The position numbers and the translations under genes were made by a program. A stretch of DNA of 64,000 bases, taken from IMG/VR virus record IMGVR_UViG_3300006188_000008; one strand, written 5' to 3'. This DNA comes from a virus. Numbering within the stretch: the first letter of the stretch is position 1; every line of letters begins with the position of its first letter. The notes below the pieces were generated by a model. The model worked only from the letters and a program-made list of their open reading frames with translations, searched no databases and was not told where the DNA came from. Below are positions 34,786 through 45,446 of this stretch, one piece after another.

Positions 34786-34852
34786 TATCTCCCTATTAAA
34801 TTACAGGGGAGAGTAGTTGAATAAGCTGCTCTCCCCTTTTCATGAGGATTTT

Positions 34853-35950
34853 ATGGCAAAGAATAAAGAAGAGTCTGAAGATTTTGGTTCTTTCTTCAAC
34901 AAAATGATGGATGAAGAATATAAATCTTGGGCAAAAGAAACTAAAATTTTTAAATTTCCAAGACATAATTACTCTACAGGGTTGTTAGAGTTGGATTATA
35001 TGATTAATCCAGAAAATCCAGGCATTTTAGGTGGAAATATAATTCAGTCTGCAGGAGAGAATCATTCAGGGAAGACTGGGTTTTTACTCAACATGATTAG
35101 AGATCATGTTGGTAAGGGGCATAGAGCTATTTATATAGACGGAGAAAACGGACTTACTGATAATTATCTTAAACTGTATGGAATGTCTAAGAAAGCTACT
35201 CCAGGATTAGAATATATTAGACCGGGCGGTGGCGCAGAACGATATCAGAAGATTATAATTAATGCTTTAGATGGTCTACAAGGTAGACAAGATCCTGTTC
35301 TTATTGGTGTAGATAGTGTTCCTTTCCTATTCCCTGAAGGAGAAATAGGGGGAGGAGTTCGTGTAGGTGGTAATAATCAGACTTTCAACAAATTTATCAA
35401 TATGGTTACTTCCAGAATTGGAAATACTAATGCTATTTTAGTTTTGTTGAACGCTGTTTATGCAAATATTTTATCTAGATTCGAAGATTACTCCATACCT
35501 GGAGGAATGACTTTGCCTATGCGTTGTCAGTTAATTATGATTCATTATAAACGAGTTAATAAAAAAGACGCTACCAAAGATATGCATTGGTATACCAAAG
35601 TAGATGGTGAAGACGTTGCTTACCGCCAACGTCTGGCTATTAAAATTACTAAAAACAAATTTAATCATTGTGGTTCAGGTCAGTCTGCAGTCGAGTATTA
35701 TCTTAACACTAATGCTAAATATTTGCCAACAGGTCCTGATAATGTTCATTCTATGTTACAAGTTCTTAAAGACGCTGGAGAACTGAAATTTGCTTCCGCT
35801 GCAGGTTATAAACTTAGAGTTTCTGACTCCAAAGAAGAAGCTATGTCTTGGGAAGATTGGGAAAAGAATTGTTACACTAATGACGATTATTACAATATGA
35901 TTGTAAATCGAACTATGAACGTTTTGGAAGAAAAATACAATAAACTTTAG
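34853..35950 (+). CDS. RecA/UvsX-like recombinase
   Basis: STGLLELD, GENHSGKT, YIDGE, VDSVP; start taken at MAKNK. Confidence 0.88.
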   Translation: MAKNKEESEDFGSFFNKMMDEEYKSWAKETKIFKFPRHNYSTGLLELDYMINPENPGILGGNIIQSAGENHSGKTGFLLNMIRDHVGKGHRAIYIDGENGLTDNYLKLYGMSKKATPGLEYIRPGGGAERYQKIIINALDGLQGRQDPVLIGVDSVPFLFPEGEIGGGVRVGGNNQTFNKFINMVTSRIGNTNAILVLLNAVYANILSRFEDYSIPGGMTLPMRCQLIMIHYKRVNKKDATKDMHWYTKVDGEDVAYRQRLAIKITKNKFNHCGSGQSAVEYYLNTNAKYLPTGPDNVHSMLQVLKDAGELKFASAAGYKLRVSDSKEEAMSWEDWEKNCYTNDDYYNMIVNRTMNVLEEKYNKL

Positions 35951-35958
35951 GAGCATAA

Positions 35959-38505
35959 ATGTATAATAGAGAGTTTGAATTAGACCTTATATCTTATTGT
36001 CTAAATAAACCTTATTATCTAAAACAACATAAAGAAAGATTAGAATCTTTAAAATTCTCAGACAAATATCTTAATCTTGTTTATAAAGAATTGTTTAAAG
36101 TTTTGGATAGCTATAAAACTATCCCTACTAAAACTGAATTTCAAAAGATTTTAAATGATTCTATGTCTAAGAATGAACGATTTAATGATTTTGAAAAAGA
36201 AGCTGTTCAAGAAATTATCACTTCTATTTATGATAGATATGTCACAAGTCTTACTGGTGTTTCTATTAGTAATTATCTTATTAAAGAAGAAACTGCTAAG
36301 ATTAGTGAAGAGTTAATTAATCTTCAAGCTCAAGATCTTTTAGACCAAATTGGAAGTTATGAAAGAAGATTGTCTAAACTTCGTCATTTTCTTTCAGACG
36401 ATGAAGATCTAGGCCTCAATATGTTCTCTGATCAAGGAATTGCTAAAGCTAAAAATCTTTTAGCAGAGTATAATATTGAAGCTTGTATTCCAACTGGTTA
36501 TGAAATTTGGGATAGACAACTTCAAGGTGGACTGCGTAAAGGTGAATTGTTCGTAGTAATGGCCAGCACAGGTGTTGGTAAGGCCCAGCCCTTAAATGCT
36601 AAAATTGTAACTCCCGAAGGAATGAAAACTATGGGAGATATGAAAGTCGGATCTGAGGTTATAGATTGGGACGGTAATGTTGTTAAAGTAAAAGGCGTAT
36701 TCCCCCAGGGAGAAAAAGATATTTATAAAGTTACGTTTTCAGACGGAACTTCTACTGAATGTTGCGATGAACATCTTTGGTGGGTAAGACATTATTCTAA
36801 TACCAAAAAAGATGAATGGACGGTTTTACCTTTAAAATCGTTTAAAAATAAATTGACTTCAGGTCAAGGCAGAAAAGATTGGCAAATTCCTAACGTAAAA
36901 CCCATCAACCTACCTGAAAAAACTTACATTATACATCCGTATGTTCTTGGAGCTATTTTGGGTGACGGTTCAATAACTGGAAATAATGTAGGATTTACTT
37001 GTGCCGATCCTGAATTGGTAGAAAATTTAAGAGCCCTTATTCCAGAACAAATAGAGTTGGTAAAACACAATACAAAAGCAGATATAGATTACCAATTTTC
37101 TAAAAGAAATGATCGTAGACATCCTCATGTTAAAAATGTTTATTTAGAAGAACTTAGACGTTTAAATTTAATGGGCTGTAATTTTCACACTAAATTTATC
37201 CCAGAAGAGTATCTTTGGGGATCTTTAGAACAAAGACAAGCTTTACTTCAAGGTCTTATGGATACAGATGGACATTTAAGTGCAAGTAAAAGTGGAATTG
37301 ACTATATCTCTGCTTCTTTAAATCTGGTTACTTCTGTAAAACAGTTAGCCCTATCTTTAGGTGGAAATGTTGGAGAAATTAAAACTAAAATTGTAGAAGG
37401 TAAAACTTATTACAGATTATTTTTTAATATTCCAATTTGTCCCTTTAAGTTGTCTAGAAAAGCTGAAAATTGGAATCCTAGAACTCACTATGGTTACAAA
37501 AGAATTATAGACAAAGTAGAATTTGTTAGAAAAGATCAAGCGCAATGTATCAGGGTAGATTCTCCTACCAGCAGTTATCTAACCGACGATTTTATTTTAA
37601 CTCATAATACGGCGTTTCTGTTAAATATGGCTGCAAATATGGTAAATCAAGATTATCGTGTAGTTTATGTGGCTATGGACAATGTAGAAGGCGAATTAAT
37701 TGCTAGAACTGTCGGCTGTCTTATGGACAGAGATATCACACAAAAACTTGATCCTAATGCAGCCTTTGATGACGTTTCTGATAAGTATACCAAACATTAC
37801 ACTAATAATTTTATTATTAAGCATTTTGCTCCAAGAGAACTTACTAAGTCCAAACTTGAAAGATATTTAGATAGATTAGAAATTTATCTTTATGATTTAG
37901 ATAAAAAGGCTGGTAAACCTGAAGATAAATGTGGTAAAATTGATGTTTTAGTTTTAGATTATTTAGAATGCATGCTTCCAGAATCAGGAGCCGGTGAATT
38001 CTGGATTGCTGCGGAACATCTTGCCCAAGAAGTAAAAGCAGTTCTTAAGACTAGAGATATTCTAGGATTAACTGCTACTCAAGGTGGAACCGAGGCTATG
38101 AAATCGGACACTTTAAAACTTCACATGGCACAGGGCGCTAAGAGTCGATTTAACGCTCCTGATTTGGTGTTTGGTGTTTCTCAAAATGAAGACGAAAAGA
38201 AAGCTAGACCTGCTAGTAAATTTCGTCTTAGTTGTCTTAAAGCTAGACGAGCTAAAACGAATTATGAAATTGCATTTGTTTTCTATAAGGAGAAACAAGT
38301 TATTAAGGAAGATCCTGTATATTCAGATGTTTTAGGAGTTTCTACTACAACAAATTCAGGACCGCCCACAAATGAAGACGGAACTGAAGTAGCTATGAGA
38401 AACAATTTTAATCGCCAATCTAGCTTTCAAATTAAAGACCCTGTAGACAAAGTAATTGGTGAGTTAAGTAAAACATTAGAGGGTATAGAATCCTTAACTA
38501 GCTAA
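35959..38505 (+). CDS. DnaB-like replicative helicase with intein
   Basis: GGLRKGEL..V.ASTGVGK|T, LDYLE, TATQ, ARR motifs. Confidence 0.9.
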   Translation: MYNREFELDLISYCLNKPYYLKQHKERLESLKFSDKYLNLVYKELFKVLDSYKTIPTKTEFQKILNDSMSKNERFNDFEKEAVQEIITSIYDRYVTSLTGVSISNYLIKEETAKISEELINLQAQDLLDQIGSYERRLSKLRHFLSDDEDLGLNMFSDQGIAKAKNLLAEYNIEACIPTGYEIWDRQLQGGLRKGELFVVMASTGVGKAQPLNAKIVTPEGMKTMGDMKVGSEVIDWDGNVVKVKGVFPQGEKDIYKVTFSDGTSTECCDEHLWWVRHYSNTKKDEWTVLPLKSFKNKLTSGQGRKDWQIPNVKPINLPEKTYIIHPYVLGAILGDGSITGNNVGFTCADPELVENLRALIPEQIELVKHNTKADIDYQFSKRNDRRHPHVKNVYLEELRRLNLMGCNFHTKFIPEEYLWGSLEQRQALLQGLMDTDGHLSASKSGIDYISASLNLVTSVKQLALSLGGNVGEIKTKIVEGKTYYRLFFNIPICPFKLSRKAENWNPRTHYGYKRIIDKVEFVRKDQAQCIRVDSPTSSYLTDDFILTHNTAFLLNMAANMVNQDYRVVYVAMDNVEGELIARTVGCLMDRDITQKLDPNAAFDDVSDKYTKHYTNNFIIKHFAPRELTKSKLERYLDRLEIYLYDLDKKAGKPEDKCGKIDVLVLDYLECMLPESGAGEFWIAAEHLAQEVKAVLKTRDILGLTATQGGTEAMKSDTLKLHMAQGAKSRFNAPDLVFGVSQNEDEKKARPASKFRLSCLKARRAKTNYEIAFVFYKEKQVIKEDPVYSDVLGVSTTTNSGPPTNEDGTEVAMRNNFNRQSSFQIKDPVDKVIGELSKTLEGIESLTS
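36583..37608 (+). mobile_element. Intein (342 aa) with LAGLIDADG endonuclease, Ala1 / class 3-like
   Basis: Starts A after GVGK, ends THN before Thr; HLW, AQCIRV, ILGDG, LMDTDG. Confidence 0.92.
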
Positions 38506-38517
38506 TTATATTAATTA

Positions 38518-38838
38518 GTGGCAAACAAATCTCACAGCAAGAAAAAAAAGAAAAAGATGGGCGGGAAACAACGTCGTCGTAAAAAACTTATGGAAAGGGA
38601 CGGACCTTTCTGTGTTTGTTGTAAGATAGAGTCAGAGCAATTACAAATCCATCATATTAAAAAAAGATGTAATGGTGGAACAAATGATTTAGAAAACCTA
38701 GCTCTACTCTGTGCCTGTTGTCACGTAGCTTATCATCGAAATGAACATCCCAATTTTTGGCGATGGACAGAACAAATGCGTGAATATCTGTATTATTTTT
38801 TAAGATTGACAGATAAATCAGCACTAGAAGAAGATTAA
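38518..38838 (+). CDS. HNH endonuclease
   Basis: CVCC...IHHI..R..GGTND..NL.LLC..CH..YH. Confidence 0.85.
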   Translation: MANKSHSKKKKKKMGGKQRRRKKLMERDGPFCVCCKIESEQLQIHHIKKRCNGGTNDLENLALLCACCHVAYHRNEHPNFWRWTEQMREYLYYFLRLTDKSALEED

Positions 38839-38858
38839 ACTTATGGAGTTAAACTACA

Positions 38859-39731
38859 ATGAATACTTCCCAACTAGAGGTAGAATTACCAGAAGGTAAG
38901 TGGGCTACCTGGTCCTCTGAAGAATGGGTTTGTAACTGTCCTTTTTGTGGAAAAGAAGAAAAATTCACTTGGAATGTTACTAAGAATGTTGGGAATTGTT
39001 GGTCTTGTAGTCGCTGGATAAACGGGAAGAATAAATTTCTTTATCTTCAAAAAGATAATCTATCTAAACATTTAATAGACTTAGATTCCCTTCTTAAAAA
39101 CCAATATATAGATAATTTTAATAGAAATTATCTAGTAAATGCCTGGGACCATCCAAAATCAAAAGAGTTTCTTATTTCTAGAAACGTTAATGAATTAGTA
39201 GCTAGAGAAGCTAGTATTTGCTACTACCCTCCCAAGAAAACTCTTTATTTGGAAACAAAAGCGATCTCTAAAGGATTAGATACTTCTTATTTATGGAGAC
39301 AAATCCCAAACGGCAAATGGTTTCATAAGAAAGGAACTAAGTCTATTTTTTATTGTTGGGGTTTGGAAAAGATTAAAAATCCAACAAATATACTTCTTTG
39401 CGAGGGTGTATTTGACTTATTCTCTACGAGATTGTATAATAAAGGAATAGCTGTTCTAGGCAGTAACCTTAATTTGGTTTGGTATTATTGGTTAAAAAAG
39501 AATGCTAAAAAAGTTGTTTTATGGTTTGATAATGATGATGCTGGACACAAAGCCACTAAAATGATTGCCGAAAAATTAGAATATTTTTCTATTCCATATT
39601 CAGTTGTATTAAGTAGTAAAGATCCTAAATGTTATGATCGTAGAATTAGTAAAGATAGAATTTTTCTAGAAACAATTGAAAAACATTTAGGTTCAAACGA
39701 AGCTGGAATAATTATTAAAGACAGGATTTAA
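38859..39731 (+). CDS. DNA primase (zinc finger + TOPRIM)
   Basis: CPFC...CWSC; LCEGVFD; WFDNDDAG. Confidence 0.85.
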   Translation: MNTSQLEVELPEGKWATWSSEEWVCNCPFCGKEEKFTWNVTKNVGNCWSCSRWINGKNKFLYLQKDNLSKHLIDLDSLLKNQYIDNFNRNYLVNAWDHPKSKEFLISRNVNELVAREASICYYPPKKTLYLETKAISKGLDTSYLWRQIPNGKWFHKKGTKSIFYCWGLEKIKNPTNILLCEGVFDLFSTRLYNKGIAVLGSNLNLVWYYWLKKNAKKVVLWFDNDDAGHKATKMIAEKLEYFSIPYSVVLSSKDPKCYDRRISKDRIFLETIEKHLGSNEAGIIIKDRI

Positions 39732-39734
39732 ACT

Positions 39735-40706
39735 ATGAGCTTAATTGCCGAACCCTCTAAAGCAGGCCCTCCTAGAATAATTTTAGATAGGGAAAATCTT
39801 TATGATTTATACGTAATTAAAAAGTTTTCTTCTAGAAAAATTGCTAAACTTTTATTTTGTAGTAAATGGGTGGTTTTACGTTGCTTAAAAGATTATAATA
39901 TAAAAATAAGAGCCTCCGGTTCAGGAGCTGAGGAATACTTATATAGTGACGAAAATTATTTTAAAAAATGGTCACCTTCCATGGCGTGGGTATTGGGATA
40001 TATGGCTTCCGACGGATTTGTTATGGCCAGAGGTTGTGGAATTTTCTTTACATCGGTAGACTTAGAACTTTTAGAATTTTGTAAGAAAGAGTTAAAAACT
40101 AATTCAGAAATACGATATAGAGAAGACTATCATTCCAAAAAATCAGGTTATAATATTCACACCCTATATATTCCTGGAAAAGAATTAGTTAAAGATTTAA
40201 AAAATTTAGGAATTGAAACTAAAAAATCTTTAGTTTTAAAATTTCCTGATTATTTAACTGAAGAATACTTTTGGCATTTTTTAAGAGGATATATTGATGG
40301 AGACGGTTGTGTATATGACCCAAAATATAAAATAGGTGTAAATTTTACAGGAAGTGTTTCTTTTATAACCACCTTAAGAGAAATTCTGGTAAAAAGATTC
40401 GAAAAACATATCCAAAATTTTAGACCTACAGGACAAGCTTTGTCTTTAGACGTTAATAGCATGACCGCTTATAAAATATTAAAGTTATGTTATGATAATT
40501 CAGAATTTGCTTTATCTAGAAAAAAAGATAGGGCTTTAGCTGCTATTAAATTAGTTGAAGAACGATTAGAAAATAGAATTTTTTGTGATATTTGTATAAA
40601 AAATAAAGAATTATTACCTAAAATTCAATGTAAAGCTTGTGTTAAGCTAAGAAAACATGCTTATTTCAAAAAAAACTATAATCCTAAAGAAAAGAAAAAT
40701 TTATAA
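39735..40706 (+). CDS. Free-standing LAGLIDADG homing endonuclease
   Basis: WVLGYMASDG and FLRGYIDGDG; N-terminal HTH. Confidence 0.85.
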   Translation: MSLIAEPSKAGPPRIILDRENLYDLYVIKKFSSRKIAKLLFCSKWVVLRCLKDYNIKIRASGSGAEEYLYSDENYFKKWSPSMAWVLGYMASDGFVMARGCGIFFTSVDLELLEFCKKELKTNSEIRYREDYHSKKSGYNIHTLYIPGKELVKDLKNLGIETKKSLVLKFPDYLTEEYFWHFLRGYIDGDGCVYDPKYKIGVNFTGSVSFITTLREILVKRFEKHIQNFRPTGQALSLDVNSMTAYKILKLCYDNSEFALSRKKDRALAAIKLVEERLENRIFCDICIKNKELLPKIQCKACVKLRKHAYFKKNYNPKEKKNL

Positions 40707-43370
40707 ATGAGTAATCTTTGTCTATTTACAGATTCACATATTAGAGGTAGAGACTGGAATAATAAACAGATTCTTCTTAAACGAATGGTAGAAATTTGTA
40801 AAGAAAGAAAAGTTGATTACATCCTTAATCTAGGAGATACTTTTGATAAAGGTGAAGTTGGGGATAAATTTAGATCTTCAGAAAAACTTGTAAAAGGTTA
40901 TACTGATATATTCAATATTGATATTCCAATAATTCAACTTGAAGGCAATCATGACCAATCCGGTTCAGATATAAGTGCTTTAGATTTTATTCATCTTAAC
41001 AATACCACTAAAATTAAAGATGAAGTAAAGATTTTAAACTTCCCAGATTTTGATTTAGCGTGTATTCCCTGGATTAGAAGTGATAAGAATTATAGAGAAA
41101 ATGTAATGAACTCTCTTAATTCTTACGAAGGTAAAGCTAAAGTTAGGATTCTTATTGGTCATGTTAACATCATTAATTGTTCTTTGGGCAAGCATGGTTA
41201 CTGCACTCCTGAGCATTATTTTTCTTTTGGGCTTCCAGATTTACTTAACTCCGGATTTAAACCTAGTGCTCAATTCTTCGGGCATGTCCATTGTAAGAAT
41301 TACCTCACTGAAAACTCATGGTATTTAGGTGCTTTAAGTCATTTACGTTTTGATGAAGACGAAGGTAAAAAAGCAGGGTTTCATTTATATGATACAGTCA
41401 CTAATAAATTAGAATTTATTAATCTTTCAGATATTGCAGCTAACTATTATACTATTTGTGAAGAAGACTTAGAAAAGTATAATATTTCTAAAGATTATAT
41501 AAGATTCTATACAGAAAATCCAGAGAGATATAAACACTTATTTCCTCATGTTAAAGCTCTTTATAAGCAAAATAAACTAGAAAATTCTCCAGAGATAAAA
41601 ACTGTTTATGAGCAAAGTCGTTCTAATGATTTAACTATTGACAATCTTATTGCAAGATATTGTCAATTAAAAGAATTAATAGAACCAACTTCAGATTTTT
41701 ATAAAGAAGAAAAGAGCACTCTTTCAGTAGGTTTGGTTAAAAAACCAACCGGTTTTGATAGACTTAAATCAGTTAAATTCAAAAATGTAGGTATTCATAA
41801 AGACAAAACTTTTGAATTTAAAGATGGATTTACTGCAATTATTGGCAGAAATGGGAGTGGTAAATCTAGTCTAGTAGACTCTCTTCCTGGGGCCTTATAC
41901 GATAATTTTCCTATCAGAGGAAACATAAAGAACTACATGACTAAGGGATCACGTCTAGAACTTAATGTAGAAGCCTGTGGCCGCCCTTACAAGGTAGTTA
42001 AGGAGTGTAAGGGCTCTAGTGTGCAGTCCAGCCTTAATGACGCCTCCTATACGCTTGCAAAAGAGTTCCGAGCAGAGGTTCATAATGTGTTCGGAGATTC
42101 TGCTACGTTTAATCGTTTAGTATTTATGGATCAAAGTAGTCAATATGATTTGGTCGGAGCAGAAGAAGCGGCTAGATTAAAATTACTTAGAGAAATATTT
42201 GATTTAAACGCTTTTGATAAAAAATATACTGAATACAATGAATTACTTAGAGACACTAAGAAACATTTTGAGGAATCTAAAAAGATTCAAAGTGAAATTG
42301 ATTCCCTTCAAAAAGAATATGATGCAATTGTTGTAGAAGAAAATATTGATTTTGATTCTACTGTTCTTTCAGCTTTAACTTCTAAGCTTTCTAGAATGAA
42401 AGATAGCAAACGTCAATATGAAAATAATTTAATCTTTATGCAAAAAATAGAAAAGATTAAAGAATATGAAAACAATAACAATGTTAAAGAAATAAAAGAA
42501 AAAGTTATTCGTATTAATGTTTTAGAAAGTAAACTTCGTTTATCTAAAAACTGGAACGAGATCGGATGCAAGGCTAGTCCCTTGCCTTGCATTTTTCTTA
42601 AAAATAATGTCACCGAAGACTACATTTCTTTGGAAAAAGAATTGACAGATCTTTACAAACATGTTAACATGGAAGAGTATAAAAATTATTCTTATCTTTT
42701 AAATAATCTTGGTAAAGATGTAAAAGTTGAAAAAGTTTATACTCAAAAAGATATAGATGAACTTCAGGCTGAGATAAATAATTATAATAGTTTAAAAATT
42801 AAAAAACAACATAATGACCAAATAAAATTAATAAAAAATTCTATTAAAAATAGATTAACGGAAAAAACTAACTACTTACTCAGTTTAAATACTGACAAAT
42901 TAGATGAAAAAATTAAAGATTTACAATTTTTAGTTGAAATATGTGGTAAATATGGATTAAGTCTTTACATTATCAATTTAATTAAAAATGAATTACAAGA
43001 AATTATAAATGAACTAATTGAAAAAGCTGAATTAGATTTAATTGTTAATCTATCCACAGAAGGTAAAGAAGAATTAGATAGCTTTAAAATCTTATTCGGA
43101 AAAGATCAATACGATATTAAACTAGCGTCAGGCGGAGAAATTGCCTTAGTTAAATTATTATTTAAATTAACTATTATGGTTTATTTAAATCGTTATTTTG
43201 GAACGTATAAAACTCTAATTATTGATGAAGGTCTAGCTTTCGTAGACGACTATAGAGTAGAAGCTAGTTTAGAACTACTTAAAGTTTTGAAGAAAGATTT
43301 TAATCAAATTATTATAGCAACTCATCAAGACGTAGTTGCTAATTTCGCAGAACACAGGATTGAATTGTAA
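40707..43370 (+). CDS. Fused SbcD/Mre11 nuclease - SbcC/Rad50 ATPase
   Basis: TDSH, GDTFD, GNHD, GHVH then GRNGSGKS, coiled coil, ASGGE, IIDE, ATH in a single ORF. Confidence 0.88.
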   Translation: MSNLCLFTDSHIRGRDWNNKQILLKRMVEICKERKVDYILNLGDTFDKGEVGDKFRSSEKLVKGYTDIFNIDIPIIQLEGNHDQSGSDISALDFIHLNNTTKIKDEVKILNFPDFDLACIPWIRSDKNYRENVMNSLNSYEGKAKVRILIGHVNIINCSLGKHGYCTPEHYFSFGLPDLLNSGFKPSAQFFGHVHCKNYLTENSWYLGALSHLRFDEDEGKKAGFHLYDTVTNKLEFINLSDIAANYYTICEEDLEKYNISKDYIRFYTENPERYKHLFPHVKALYKQNKLENSPEIKTVYEQSRSNDLTIDNLIARYCQLKELIEPTSDFYKEEKSTLSVGLVKKPTGFDRLKSVKFKNVGIHKDKTFEFKDGFTAIIGRNGSGKSSLVDSLPGALYDNFPIRGNIKNYMTKGSRLELNVEACGRPYKVVKECKGSSVQSSLNDASYTLAKEFRAEVHNVFGDSATFNRLVFMDQSSQYDLVGAEEAARLKLLREIFDLNAFDKKYTEYNELLRDTKKHFEESKKIQSEIDSLQKEYDAIVVEENIDFDSTVLSALTSKLSRMKDSKRQYENNLIFMQKIEKIKEYENNNNVKEIKEKVIRINVLESKLRLSKNWNEIGCKASPLPCIFLKNNVTEDYISLEKELTDLYKHVNMEEYKNYSYLLNNLGKDVKVEKVYTQKDIDELQAEINNYNSLKIKKQHNDQIKLIKNSIKNRLTEKTNYLLSLNTDKLDEKIKDLQFLVEICGKYGLSLYIINLIKNELQEIINELIEKAELDLIVNLSTEGKEELDSFKILFGKDQYDIKLASGGEIALVKLLFKLTIMVYLNRYFGTYKTLIIDEGLAFVDDYRVEASLELLKVLKKDFNQIIIATHQDVVANFAEHRIEL

Positions 43371-43580
43371 ATGGAAGATTTAGCTAGAAAATATATTGTA
43401 GAATACTATGGTAAGTTACATCATAACTTTAATGTGCCAAATTTATTTCAAATGGGACCTTTTACCGAAACAGAACTACAAACTGTAGTAAATAATTTTA
43501 CTAAACGTGAAGATATTTATGCTTTTGAAGTAAAATATATTAATCCAATGCAAACACTATTAAACAATGTCAGTAAATAA
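43371..43580 (+). CDS. Hypothetical protein
   Basis: Coupled ORF. Confidence 0.5.
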   Translation: MEDLARKYIVEYYGKLHHNFNVPNLFQMGPFTETELQTVVNNFTKREDIYAFEVKYINPMQTLLNNVSK

Positions 43581-44124
43581 TGAACAAGAATTTAGAAGAA
43601 GAGTAGAAAAAAGTTTAGATACTAATAATTTAGTATTACACGTTCCTATTCCAGACGAGTTAAAGCAGGCAATAAAGGTTTTACCTCAACACGCTGATAT
43701 TCTATCAAAGTTAATCAAAGAAAAACCTTTCGATACCTCTGGATTAAAAAATGGGTTATATTGTGGAATAGAATTAAAGAATGTTAAAGAAGGCTTAACC
43801 TTTAATCTTAAAAAGCTAGAAAAACATCAAATTAAAGCTTTAGTAGATTGTAATAAAAAAGGTGGACAAGGTTGGGTTCTAGTTCGGTTCAAAAAAGGTT
43901 TAACTTCTGGAGAACGAAAAAGATTAGAGACAAAGTATTTTGCTATAGATACAGCTTTTGCAATTAAAATAGATCAAGTTGTAAAATGGATTAAAGCAAA
44001 AATATTTAGTATTCCAATAGAAGTTTTAGTTAAAGAATGTATTGTTTTAAACTATGACCCTTTGTTGGAAAAATATGATTTGGACATTTTATGGCACAAG
44101 AAGATAGTGAAGAAAAAAGTTTAG
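43567..44124 (+). CDS. RecU-like Holliday junction resolvase (PD-(D/E)XK)
   Basis: E..F, PD, KPFD, IELK, HQI..L, GG.G.VLV.F. Confidence 0.7.
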   Translation: MSVNNEQEFRRRVEKSLDTNNLVLHVPIPDELKQAIKVLPQHADILSKLIKEKPFDTSGLKNGLYCGIELKNVKEGLTFNLKKLEKHQIKALVDCNKKGGQGWVLVRFKKGLTSGERKRLETKYFAIDTAFAIKIDQVVKWIKAKIFSIPIEVLVKECIVLNYDPLLEKYDLDILWHKKIVKKKV

Positions 44125-44519
44125 TTCCGAGAAAATCAAAATTTTATTATAATCCCGAAGCAGTGAATATTGCTACTTTAAATCATTTAACTTTTGACCA
44201 TTTACATTATAAGTTATTGTGTAAGCAAGCTAGTGATTTAGGTGTTAATGTGAATAAATTAATTGCTTTAATTTTTGAAAAATATTTAGTTAATACAAAT
44301 TATTTAGATCCTAAAGCACAAAAATCTGATAGTAGTAATCCAGTAGTAACTATTGAGAATATTAGAGACAATCCCAGTCATATAGTTAATTTTTATCCTA
44401 ATTCTTTGATTTCAGAGAAATATGCTGAAACTAGTTTTGGATTTAAGCCTAAGCAAGATACCAATTTTGTTTTTGAAGATACAGATTCCGATGGAATAGA
44501 TATTAGAGATTATCAGTAA
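44091..44519 (+). CDS. Hypothetical protein, possible ribbon-helix-helix
   Basis: LLCKQASDLGVNVNKLIALIFE. Confidence 0.5.
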   Translation: MAQEDSEEKSLVPRKSKFYYNPEAVNIATLNHLTFDHLHYKLLCKQASDLGVNVNKLIALIFEKYLVNTNYLDPKAQKSDSSNPVVTIENIRDNPSHIVNFYPNSLISEKYAETSFGFKPKQDTNFVFEDTDSDGIDIRDYQ

Positions 44520-44980
44520 TGTTGTTAAACACTCAAGAAGTATACGATAAATTTTATTCAGAGCTGAACCCCACTAAATACTGGATGTTCACTCTCCAAA
44601 AAGATTTAGCTTTGGAAGCGGTAAATTTTTATATAACTTTTAATAATCTATCTCTTATAGACTTAGATACGATAAGTGAGCCCTATAAATTTACTAAGTT
44701 ATCTTGTTATTTTGATATTTATTCAATAATAGCCCAAGTAGGAGACCCTAAAGAATGGTCATTTTCTCCTGATTGTAATGGAGGAATAACTGCTGTGTAT
44801 GTGGGAGATGAGAATTTAATTCTTACAATTGATTTAAATGCTGAACATACAGTTACTGTTGAGTGTATTAATAAAAATGTAATAAGTAAAACTATTTTCT
44901 CTTATGAAGTTCCTACTCCAGAGAAGATAATATCTATAAAAGATATGTTTAAGAGATTGTTTAAATGTTATCAGAACTAA
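44519..44980 (+). CDS. Hypothetical protein
   Basis: Weakly similar in layout to 47453-47806 (G.I...F/Y...L.+.I). Confidence 0.5.
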   Translation: MLLNTQEVYDKFYSELNPTKYWMFTLQKDLALEAVNFYITFNNLSLIDLDTISEPYKFTKLSCYFDIYSIIAQVGDPKEWSFSPDCNGGITAVYVGDENLILTIDLNAEHTVTVECINKNVISKTIFSYEVPTPEKIISIKDMFKRLFKCYQN

Positions 44981-45165
44981 TAGAACAACTAAAAATTATT
45001 TATGAATCAGACGGAGATCTACCTTGTTTTATTTTACATAAAACTCCTCAAGGAGATCTTTTAGAGAATTCTTTTCCCACAGTTATAGATGTAACTAAGG
45101 ATTGGATGAAACAAGTTAAAGAACTACAATTTTATCAAACTGGACAGTTAGTGGTGATTTTATGA
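44965..45165 (+). CDS. Hypothetical protein
   Basis: LSELIEQL...GDLP phage-type motif. Confidence 0.55.
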   Translation: MLSELIEQLKIIYESDGDLPCFILHKTPQGDLLENSFPTVIDVTKDWMKQVKELQFYQTGQLVVIL

Positions 45166-45446
45166 GTTATGTTAATTATAAACAAGTAGGATGGGTTAGA
45201 GGATTAGACAGAAACTATGGGCACTATGCTAATCATTATTTTCTAAGTTCCCCTATTAAACAAATGAATCTACCCATTATTTTTAGAGTGTCTCCTAAAA
45301 ATAAATTTAAAACTTTAGATGTTATTCCTTTAAAGAGTAGACAGAATGATTTAAGTCCTAATAGGACTTTTTATACTAGTCATAATTATACATACAGTAA
45401 TTATAATGGAAGACATAAATTTTTTGGAATCGGTGATGTATTGTGA
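45162..45446 (+). CDS. Hypothetical protein
   Basis: Coupled ORF. Confidence 0.5.
   Translation: MSYVNYKQVGWVRGLDRNYGHYANHYFLSSPIKQMNLPIIFRVSPKNKFKTLDVIPLKSRQNDLSPNRTFYTSHNYTYSNYNGRHKFFGIGDVL

Noticed and set aside
39735-40706. LAGLIDADG as intron-encoded within the primase or Sbc gene
   Set aside because: Neighbouring genes are complete and abut within 0-3 nt; no room for intron structure.
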